In this document: piece after piece, positions 28,982 through 40,300 of the stretch
How the letters are laid out: each line of letters starts with the position of its first letter
Numbering within the stretch: position 1 is the first letter of the stretch
The notes under the pieces: generated by a model
What the model saw: only the letters and a program-made list of their open reading frames with translations
Told to the model about the DNA's origin: nothing
Database searches by the model: none
Assembly (NCBI GenBank): GCA_002245135.1
Contig: NGBS01001202.1
Span: 1-47,903, forward strand
Reading direction: 5' to 3'
DNA: 47,903 nt
Origin: Proteromonas lacertae
Taxonomy: Eukaryota
Program-made: the position numbers and the translations under genes

Positions 28982-31900
28982 ATTCTATTCTAACTGAATT
29001 ATCACCATCAGTATAAGGTAATCTATCAGTTTCATCACAATAATACTTATCACAAACAAATAGACCAATATTAGTCACTTGAAAATAGATATTATCTTCA
29101 TTATACTGGTTTAAAGATGTTATATTGATTCTTATTCTATTATACAACCTACTATTTCTATAAAAAGTGATATTGTTCTTCTGATAGGAGATTTTTGTTT
29201 CAATATTCTCTATATTTCCTAAATAATTCCATTCATCTAATACTTCATCATATCCTTCAACAATTACATCTTTTGGATTCTCAACATAATTTCCACCTTG
29301 AATATTATTACTTGTTATCACTAATTTATTAATAAAATAATAGTTATTATCTCCAAAGGAATATTCTACCCATGGATATTTATTATATACTCCATCATTT
29401 GGTAGTTTATCTCTCCAACCAATACTATTATCATTATCAAATGCATTATATACACCTTTTAAACCATACTTCATTTCTGGATAGGCATTCATTATTTTCG
29501 ATTTTCCTATACTATTTATATTAACACACATCTGTTCAGGTATTTCAGTTGTATAGTTATTATTAGCAAATAATTCAATTAAAACGAAATGAAACTTCTG
29601 GAAGTTTTCTTCATCTTCTGATTTATGTAATTCTATTGATATTACTGTTTTATTGTTATTACTTAACATTGCAATAGGAAAGAGAAATGAAAAACTCTTT
29701 AATACATCACTACTTGTCATCATAAATAAATTTCTATTATTATTATTATCTAATTTCTTAAATATTTCTTCACCATTTATATATATAATAAAACCAGATG
29801 TAAATTGTATTTGTATATAAAAAGCAGGAGATTTCAATATATTTTTATTCAAATTAACTATCTTTCTCAAATACAAAATATTATTTTCTTTTTCAACATC
29901 ATCATCTTCTATTTGGGATATAACTTCACTTTTCCAATTTATATTCTTTTCAGTAGTCCATAATGAATTATAAACTGTAGAATATTCCCATTTAGATAAA
30001 GAATCCACTGTAAATACCAAGTTTAAATTAAGAGTGAATATTCTACCTTCATCATCATCATTCACTGTATATCGACCTAATCCAATATTATATAAATATA
30101 TCATAATATATCCTCTTTTCCAACCTAATTTATTAGGATGAGTGGATGTATAAGTCACTTTATATTCATCTTGAGTAACACATATATATTTATTATATTC
30201 ACTATTCTTTAAGTTAAAATGATCACTTACTTGTGAATAGATATTATCATTGTTTAATACATATACTAATTCACCACTTTTACTATTTTCTATTACAATT
30301 GACATATATTCTGGAAATATCGAAGTGCTGATGTAAATATGTAATAACGAGTTTTCATTATTTTCACAAGATGATGAATGTGATTTAAATGTAATAGTAA
30401 ATTGTTCTGAATTACCTAATGCATTGGTAGCAGTAATTGTATAAATAGTATCACTAAATAATGTTGTTGCTGTTCCTGATATAACACCAGTAGTTGTATT
30501 AAAATATATATCATTTGGAAGAATAGAAGGTGTTATAGTAAAATAGAGAATTGAACCGGTAATGGTTGGTGTAATTTCAGAAGTGTCAAATAATTCCCAA
30601 TCTATCTCATTGACCGGATATGATATAATTGGCTTGATTAATCTCAAATCTAGTTTAAATGATCGTTTATTATTGATATTCATAGAGTTACTGTTACTTC
30701 CTGGAATACTGAATGAATAAAGTGTGTATCCATCTACTGTAATATTTATATAAATATTGTAATAGGAATATATAGCATCCACTATTTCAATAAAATAAAT
30801 TCCATTTCTGGTACAAGCATCTGCTTTATATGGTGTTTCTGTTAGTAAAGAATCTATTATTTTACTCATTCCTTTATTGTATAACACTACTTGTAATTTT
30901 TGTGGTAATATTGTATCAGTTGTAATGATGATTTGTGTAAAATGAGAGTTTATTTTATCTTCATAACTCATATCACTTGAACGACATGCTGGAATTATTA
31001 ATTTATATTTCTTTCTTTCTATTGCTCTTACTGTTGGACTTTGAATTGCTACTTCTATATCAAATTCACCTGATTGTAGAACTGTTCCAATAATTTTACC
31101 GTTTTCTTTGTCAAATTGTAAATTACTTGGTAAATTACCACTCATTTCTTTCTTTGTTGATGGTTTATCTGAATAGATTTCCAACTCAAAATCTTCACCA
31201 AGTGTTAATTCTGCTGGATTTGTAAGTGCTGCACTTGACTTTAAATCAATTAAACCAATTCCTGATTCTTCTTGAACATTTATTTCAACATTGATCTCTA
31301 TTATTGAACCATCATCTAAATATGCATTTACTTTTATATCTCTTGTAATACCATTGGTATTTTCAATTGGACTTCCTGATATAATCCCTGTAACACTATT
31401 AAGTACTAGTCCTCTTAAAATGGTATTGTGCAATTGATAACTAACTATATTTCTTGAATTTATCATAGAATTAACTATAATCGGTGAATTGACTGGATAA
31501 TTGGAGTATTGTTTTAATGTATATAGCTGGTATGTATATATAATTGCATTTGTTGGTACAAAATAAAAATAAGGTAAAACTAATTGATGATCATCTTCAC
31601 CAATTAGAAAATATAATAATTTCTGTTCATTTTTACAATCTCTGTAGTTTATGGAGAATTTACTATATCCTTCATATTCATCTACATTATTCTGACCAAT
31701 ATGTGGATATTGCTCTTTACCTACTACACTTAAATCAAATTTAATCTCACCTTCGTTTATTCTTACCCAACAAGCACCATCACACACTATTTTATGGTTT
31801 AATCTCTTTGTTTCATCAAAAAATATATATCCTTCGAATTTAGCTTCATAGTAATTATCAAATTCATCTGTTAATCCATACCATTTCTCACTTAAATATG

Positions 31901-32407
31901 TATAATTGATAGTCTTCTCTATTCGAATGATTTTTTCAGTAACAACTGTGTTTGCTAATGCTTCTAGCGTATCTTGACATTTATCATCTACTGGACTAGT
32001 TTTGTAATAAGTAACATATAGACCTTTTTCTAAATATCCAGCTATTTAAATATATATATTATATTTATAAATACTCATAATACTAAGATATGTACTAGTT
32101 GTAATTCCATTCCTATCAAATGTTATTTTATAGTTTATAGCATCGGTCTTAACAGTTGCAATCCCTCTTATATCACCTGTATTAACATCTATCTGTAAAC
32201 CAGCTGGCAATAACGGCTCTACAGTAAACCTACTCAAACCATTCAAATTATTACATTTAATATGAGAGGGCATATTGATTGGGATGTAATAGTAGTTTTT
32301 ATCATAGATCTTGAAAGAACTGATACAAACTGAAAGACCTATTAAATATAAGTAGATAAATAAATCATACATATATATAAACTAATCAAAAGTATAGACT
32401 TTATCAT
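27202..32407 (-). CDS. Large type-I surface protein: signal peptide, PA14 domain, multiple He_PIG repeats, galactose-binding-like domain, Cys module, C-terminal TM
   Basis: MIKSILLISLYICLSVCIS; repeated LP.GL....TG.ISG units; GLYVTYY...AKFEGYI...CDGACWVRIN (PA14-like); NAFDND...PKDVIVEG; ICIVIVVVVLAILFFLIVICFI. A frame break near 27710-27765 joins the two ORFs. Confidence 0.75.
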
Positions 32408-32509
32408 GTTGAATTTCAAAATTAAAAAATGTTGGTTATTCTCGGTGACTGAAAAATAAATTTTTGTTCCCCAATCCGTTTTAAAGTTAAAATTGTCTTT
32501 TTCTCATAA

Positions 32510-35500
32510 ATGAGTGAGAATGAACTTCCAAATTATCCAACATGTATAAATACTTATTCTTACATATATGTAATTCATAGCTGGTCTTACTATATTAGTT
32601 AAATCTATAAAATTTGAACCAAAACCAAAAGAAGTAGAAAATAATCAACCTGAAGGTGAAGAAAAAACTGAAAATGAAGAAAAGAAAGAAGTAGACAATC
32701 CACAACCTGAAGAGGCACAACAATCGGTAGATTTACCTCCACTTCCAACAATTTTATCAACAAAAATTACTTTAGATTGTCCATTGAATATGCTTTCGTA
32801 TATAACAACATATGGTGAAGAAGAGCCTTCAATATTTATTTCACAAGAGCTACCGCCTATTCAGCAGGTGATAACAACTGATGAGTCAATGGAAATGTTA
32901 TTAGATAAAGAAGCTGAATTAAATATCTATACAGAAGTGTTGAATGAAGAAAATTCAACTACAATTCAACCAGTTTCTACAACTACAATTCCAATGAATT
33001 TATTAATACAAGAAAACAAATATAAAACCATCACAATCAATAATTACAACAGTGAAGAAATTTATAACTTAATTATCGAAATTGAGTTTGAGCTTGAAGA
33101 AGATTTGGTTAATTACATTAAGAACTACAGAATAATGAATTTAATAGATTTTACAGTATTGAATCCACCAGAAGAATTAACAAAGAAATACAAATTGGTG
33201 AAACCGAAGGAAGATCCAAAGAAGAAAGCACCACCAGTCGAAGCAGCTAATGATAAGAACTATCTTGCTACAAAATCAAAGGTAGAAAAAGATAATGAAA
33301 AGTTACAATTTTGTATAACATTCTATTTACCTTCCTCAAAAGTATATATTTTATAATTTTTTTTAATAATATTTAAATAGCAAAGATTAATAACAATAGA
33401 AGGAGGATTTTTAAAGCCACAAGAAGATTATACATGGATTATTTGTTTTAATAATGTTCCAAAGAAGTTATTTTTAAGTGCATTATCAGTTGCAAAGTTT
33501 AAAGATATGATATTCTCATGTGCTCCATTAATGATTCACTTTTATAGAAAAGAATTTAAAGATAAAAAGAAAGACTGGGATATTGTAGAAACTAGTTTTG
33601 GATGTTGTGCATTTGATTTATGTATTATTTTCATTATATTTTTTCTAATTTTTTATTTATATATAGCCTCTTTATCAACACCAGGTACTACTCAATATAA
33701 ATCACAATTACCATTAGAAGCAGATCAAACAATTCCAACAGAATTATTCCCAGCACCACCACCTACACCAGCTAAAGGAAAGCCAGGTGATAAAGATAGA
33801 AAATCAAGAGTATCAACTACATCAAAAGCATCTAAAAGTGGTGAAAAAGTAGATGCATCAAAGAGTTCGGTTATTCCACCAGCAGTTAATCCATATGAAG
33901 GTTCAATATTGACAATAGAAATGGAATTTAATGAACCATTATATTTACCATTACCACCACCATTAGAATCAATATTAAAACCGCAAGATGTAATTCCAAG
34001 TAGAGAACCATTAAAACCAATTGAAAAGACTAAAGAAGCAACGTATATATATAATAATAATTAGATTTATTTATTAGATTTACAATTCAAGGTGAAATTC
34101 GAAGTATATTAGATATAATAGTGAATGAATTTATTCAAACTCAAAGTGAATATGAAGATCCAATTACACCAGAGAAACTTCGAGAAGATGTGATGGAAAG
34201 AATCAAAGAAAAAGGTTTGCCAAAAGAGTTTGATGACCGTTTGAAAAGAGCAGCAGTTGCTTTAGTAAATGAAAGATATAAAGATTCTGAATTAGATAAT
34301 TCTGGATTTATTGGTGATATATATGTTTATTTGAATCAACAAGTATTTATCTTTTTGATTGTCATTATTATTATTTAGTTAATGAATATTCTTAATGAAA
34401 AATTCCCTGATGCTAACCAACCCAAAGTTCCAACTGAATCAGATATATCTATATCAGTGAAACAAGCTGATTTATTAAATAGATATATGGATTTAGCACA
34501 AGAAAGTGAATTAGTTCAAGATATTGCTTCTGCTAATAATTACTATTTAAATCGCATTACTTATTTACCTGATCATCCATCATTGTGGTATGAATATGGA
34601 GTTTATTTATTAAAGTATTATATTCATTTTATTCATTATTCTAATATATATAACTAGAGAAGGAAATAAAGACAGAGCAGCAGAATGTTTCAGAAAGACA
34701 TTACAATATGACAATACTCATTTATTATGTCTTATCAATTACAGTGCATTATTAATTAGTAGAAAAGTATATGATGAGGCAGAAGAAACACTTTTACACA
34801 CTTTAAACCTTGAAAATAACAATGTCAGTTTAGAATGTTATTTATTATTATGTGTTTTATATGATAGATTCAAAGCTAAGACATATTTTGAAGATTATTT
34901 TAAAAGAACATTAGATACATTTGATAATGAATATGCATTACATTATACAACAGGTAGATTATTATGTAGTTTAAGAATCTATGATTTAGCTGAAGAAGCT
35001 TATATTAGAGCTGGATATGAATTAATTGGTAGCGAAAATATACCAACTATAATGGAGTATAATTTAAGTTATTCAATTGTTTTATATGAGTTACATAAAT
35101 ATGAAGAAGCTGCAAAACTATTGGAAGATGTTATAACTGTATTTGTTTATTTATTTATTGTTAGAATGATACTACAAACCAAGTAGCTTATGAATATTTA
35201 GGATATTGTTTAATGGAAATTGACTTGAATCTTGAATTAGCAATTACTCATTTTGTTACAGCAGTATATATATATACGTAACTATAATTATACTTATAAC
35301 AGATGAAATTATGTGAAGATAGAAAACTGCCAATACCATTACAACTTATATATAAGTTAAATATTTGTTATCAACAGAATGGCAACTTTGATAAAGCTAA
35401 AGAATTACTTATTAAACAATGTAATATAATGCCAAACTCAGTATTTTGGTTGAATATTGGTATTTGCTGTATTCATATGAATGAAATTCCTGAAGCAGAA

Positions 35501-35528
35501 GAAGCATTATGTGAAGCAAATGTTTTAA

Positions 35529-35571
<43 letters not shown>

Positions 35572-36087
35572 AATTGTTATTATTATTGTTGAATAGATAA
35601 TGAAAATGGTACAATTTGGGGATATTTATGTTATTTATCATTATTACAGTCACCACCAAAGTTTGCTGAAGCTGAACAGGCTTTAGAACATGCACAAAGA
35701 TTTGGATTAAATAATACTGACTTGTTAATGAATTTAACAATTTGTTATTATAAAAATGATCAATTTACAATAGCTGAGAGACTAGTTAGACAGTTATTGG
35801 TGTATGATAGAAATCCAGATATAATTGAACTTGCAAAGGAAATATTGAGGAATTTAGGGAAAGATGAAGAAGCTGAAAGATTAGAATCGGAGTATCAACC
35901 AAAAGAGGAGCATCAGCAACAATATGAACAAGAAGAACAACCAATAGAGAATCAAGAGAATGGAAATAATGATGATGAAAATAAAAAAATGAATAATGAT
36001 GATGATGGAGATGAAAATGAAAATGTGAAAAATAAAAATGATACAACACAACTTCAACAAGAAATAGAAGCACAGCAAAATAATTAA
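32510..36087 (+). CDS. CFAP70: Cilia- and flagella-associated protein 70-like (TTC18) TPR protein, multi-exon
   Basis: C-terminal TPRs with AEEALCEANVL|DNENGTIWGYLCYL...AEAEQAL, which I recognise as the CFAP70 signature AEDALSEANALNN.NAEVWAYL; Pro/Lys-rich N-terminal half; ORFs linked by short introns (e.g. 32544-32580). Confidence 0.68.
35530..35568. repeat. (TA)n microsatellite inside an intron
   Basis: Uninterrupted TA dinucleotide run; similar shorter runs lie in HECT introns (~15787-15812). Confidence 0.9.
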
Positions 36088-36103
36088 AACATTTATTATT
36101 TGA

Positions 36104-36111
36104 TGTTTGTT
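36104..36111 (+). promoter_or_regulatory. TGTTTGTT 3'-processing/polyadenylation-associated motif
   Basis: Exact motif 16 nt after the CFAP70-like stop; same as the motif known from Blastocystis 3' ends. Confidence 0.55.
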
Positions 36112-36378
36112 TTAAAAGAAAAAATAATCATTGGATAGAGACTATATATTATCAATTTTTTGGGTATATAATATTATGCATCTAATAATAAAATCTATGT
36201 AAAAAACTGTTACATTTATTTTACAATATTTGACTCAAACAATAAGTAACAGGCTAATATGTAAATTATGCTTAAAAATATTTTATATTCATAGTACAAA
36301 AGTACAAAGATGAAAAACAAATAGTAAATTATTAAAATGAAAATGAGTTGAAAGAGATTTTATTATTTTCTTTATAAA

Positions 36379-36449
36379 TCCAACTCCTCCAGCTGGAATA
36401 TATGAAGAAAGTGAATATCGATGTGCTTGTTAATGTGGCTGTGGAACTG
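36379..36449 (+). pseudogene. 71-bp fragment of the Cys-rich repeat gene
   Basis: Aligns ungapped to 40195-40265 with 7 mismatches (PTPPAGI.EE.EYRCAC). Confidence 0.85.
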
Positions 36450-36576
36450 ATAATATTAATGCATTTGCTACTAATTTTCAAACCAGGATTTCTACTTACC
36501 ATTCTTAAAGGTCTTAAAGCTCTAAATTTATGTAATGTTCTTAAAGCAGCTAAATCTGAACTTACACTTACTGTAT
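36441..36576 (-). pseudogene. Fragment of a voltage-gated Ca2+/Na+ channel (S4 voltage sensor and S4-S5 linker)
   Basis: SDLAALRTLHKFRALRPLRMVSRNPGLK, then after a 1-nt shift LVANALILSVP; matches the four-domain channel repeat III pattern LRTLRALRPLRALSR..GM+VVVNAL..AIP. Confidence 0.8.
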
Positions 36577-36577
36577 A

Positions 36578-37100
36578 ACCATAACCATTGAATATTTCAT
36601 AATTATTGAATTGACCAGTTTTACTTACTTCTATTCTACCACTGTGACTAAATCCCATATTATGATGCATTTCATGAACAAGGGCAGTTGAATAACAAGG
36701 ACAATTTGGATAACCACCATAACCATTCACTATTGTCCATTTTGTATTTGTTTGAGATGACCAAGTACCAAAATTACTCACTATACCCATTCCTGACCAA
36801 CCACCTGCAGTGAATCGAACTCGACCTATCATATAGACAACAGAAGCATAATTATCTCTAGTTTCGGGTAAATCAGGAACTCTTTCTTGTAATATACCAA
36901 CAAATGCAGGCGCTTCACTCTCGTAATAGTAATCAGTTTCACCAAGTGCATAAATACAATCAGATATAAAAGAATAACTTAAATGTATTGGCCTGCATAT
37001 TTACCTTCTCTTAACCACATTTCATTCCACACTTTTACTTTGATATTTCTCTTAATCATCTTTTTGAGGATCAAACATCAAACTGACATCCACAGCATAT
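36578..37100 (-). pseudogene. Truncated M11 metalloprotease fragment lacking the transposon
   Basis: ~36600-36975 is near-identical to 1744-2034 joined to 4015-4096. 36980-37100 is a more diverged piece (KRNIKVKVWNEMWLREGKYAGQYI*) with stops and an internal deletion. Confidence 0.88.
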
Positions 37101-37326
37101 TTTATCACCTATTCACTATAATAATAAATATACGAAAACTAATATATTCACATTATTTTAAATATGAAACGTATATATTTTTTGAAATTCCACCATTTTT
37201 ATATGTTATGTATAATTTCATATAGAATATTGCAAATACACCAAAAGTGTCGTTAAAACAGAACAATGATAAAAAGTAAAAATTCTTACTTCGCTTCACT
37301 TATCATTCAGCTTCTTGAAATAACAA

Positions 37327-40300
37327 ATGAAGTTATTACATTTATTTGTAGTCCTATTATTTGTTCCATCAATTCTTTGCTTGATTAGATGTCCAAATGA
37401 TAAAACATTGGAATATATTGATAATGATAATGGTAGAAGTATAAAATTTCCTTTGCCTGGTATAATAATATGTATTATGTAATATATTTAATAGACTATC
37501 AGAAATGTGAGGTCGGTAAAGATATAGTAACAAAAAGAAAAGAGTGTAGTTTTTCTTTTGGATGGAAAACTCTGGATGAATGTAATTGTTATTCAGCCTC
37601 AAAAGGTTCTTTTGATTGCTACGGATATTATAAAGGAGATTACTTCAGTTATAAAGGTAAAAAGATAAGTAATGTGGGTAATGCAGGAGTAGAAAAATGT
37701 GGAAAATCATTTTATTGCCCTAAAATAATTAATGATCCCAAAAAACCATATGATTGTGTAAAAATTGATGAGAATAGTAACAAACAGGATCTTCTAATTA
37801 ATGGTGAAATAATTAGATTACCTAGTATATTTTTTATGTTATAATATATATAATAGAACATTTAACTTGTGTTAATAGAAATGGCTTTGTCTACATAGAA
37901 GATCCAACTATTGTAACTCCAACTGCTGTAAATCCAACCACAGTAGAACCTAGTACAGTAAATGGATTAGTTACTTGTCCTGTAAAATGTATGTGTGGTA
38001 CTGAACTTGAAATAAAGTATAATAATGGAGCAGTTACCGAAACTCGTCAATTACATGGTATTTGTAAAATTATTTAATAAAAATAGGTAATACATATTGT
38101 GGTAATAATACTAATGATGGAAATTTTCAATTATATCTTTATGGATCATCATTAATCACAGCATCAGGCTGTTCTGATGTTACAAATTGTACTAGAAGAT
38201 GTAGTGATAATTCAGGAAGAAAAACTTGTTTAAATGAATGTGATTGTAATTCTGGCTACTCTGTTTGTCGAGGAAATTATATTGGATATACATATTTTAA
38301 ACCTGGTATAGATATAGATATATATATGACAAATAGGTAGTGGAAATGTATGTTATACAGATGCTGATGGTAATTATCAACAAATAAATGTTCGAAATAA
38401 TGATAATAACTATTGTGTAAAGAATGGTCTATTAATTGGTCAATGTGGAAGATCCGATAGTGTTAATAAAAAATGTTCATTTGCAGGTGAAAGATTTTGT
38501 GGATCAGAATGTAAATGTGGTGGTGAAGCTGTTATTTGTAATAAAGAGTTAATATCTGTTCCTCTTCATGTTGGATGTATATAATCGAAAATATAATTTA
38601 TTTTTATAGCGAATCATTACTGTGGTACAAATAGTAACAGAACCGAGGTTTACTTTCATGATGATTGGATTAATGGTTCTGATGAATGTGAAAGAGTTGA
38701 TAATTGTGAAACACCTACTACTTCTATTCCCACAATAAAACCAACCACAATAATACCAACAACTATAAAACCAACAACAATAGAACCAACAACTGAAAGA
38801 CCAACAACTGAAAGACCAACAACTGAAAGACCAACAACTGAAAGACCAACAACTGAAATACCAACAACTATAAAACCAACAACTATAAAACCAACAACTG
38901 AAAGACCAACAACTGAAATACCAACAACTATTAAACCAACAACTATTAAACCAACAACTATAAAACCAACAACAATAGAACCAACAACTGAAAGACCAAC
39001 AACTGAAAGACCAACAACTGAAATACCAACAACTGAAAGACCAACAACTATTAAACCAACATCTGAAATACCAACAACTGAAAGACCAACAACTGAAAGA
39101 CCAACAACTATTAAACCAACAACTGAAAGACCAACAACTGAAATACCAACAACTGAAATACCAACAACTATAAAACCAACAACTGAAATACCAACAACTG
39201 AAATACCAACAACTATTAAACCAACAACTGAAAGACCAACAACTGAAATACCAACAATTAATAATAATAATGAAGTAGAAATGATTATATATTTCACTAA
39301 TATATCTAATGCTGATGTTACATCTTTAACAGTTATAGAAAATCGTATAGTAATAGATGGATTAATTCATATTTATTCTAATATGTCTGATATATCAATT
39401 CCATTTGATAATTTTTATGTAGAAGTAATACCTAATATAAATCACAATACTAATATAGATGGTAAATATGATTTAATAATTGATGTAAAAATAAAAGTTC
39501 CAAATACGATTAGTAAAGATGATATCGAAAGAGCAGCTCATGAAATAGAGAATGATCCAAGTGATTTAAATCGAGAAATCAAAAGATTAGGAAATGAAGA
39601 ACCTGAAGATAATATATTCAAGGATGCTTATATAACTAGAGTGGAAGTTCCAAACAGTTCAACAGAAACTCCTGGAGTATGTGTAGAAAGAAGTCAAAGA
39701 TGTATTGATAGATGTCGATGTGGAGATGGTTATGAAGAATGTATAGATGGTGAATGGACATATGTTCGAATAGCTAACAATTTAGTATGTTCTCAAGAAA
39801 GTGAATATAACATATCGATAGTGAGTGGATGTGATGGATTAGATGAAGGAAGTTGTGCAAATTTGATAAGTGGAAACTGTGTATGTGATACTCCAACTTC
39901 AACTGTAACTCCTACTGCCACTCATCCAGTATGTGTAGAAAGAAGTCAAAGATGTATTGATAGATGTCGATGTGGAGATGGTTATGAAGAATGTATAGAT
40001 GGTGAATGGACATATGTTCGAATAGCTAACAATTTAGTATGTTCTCAAGAAAGTGAATATAACATATCGATAGTGAGTGGATGTGATGGATTAGATGAAG
40101 GAAGTTGTGCAAATTTGATAAGTGGAAACTGTGAATGTGAAAATCCTACATCTGTTCCAACATCTACAGTAAATCCATCATTTATTCCATGTATTCCAAC
40201 TCCTCCAGCTGGAATCTGTGAAGAAGGTGAATATCGATGTGCTTGTGAATGTGAATGTGGAGCTGGTTTTTATCAATGTACGAATGGAATATGGAAATAC

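Noticed and set aside
38741..39258. Possible CRISPR-like array
   Set aside because: Contiguous 15-bp units with no unique spacers, in frame within a eukaryotic CDS, and no cas genes nearby
38656..39297. 213-aa minus-strand ORF of VVGLS/VVGIS repeats
   Set aside because: Antisense shadow of the PTT-coding minisatellite
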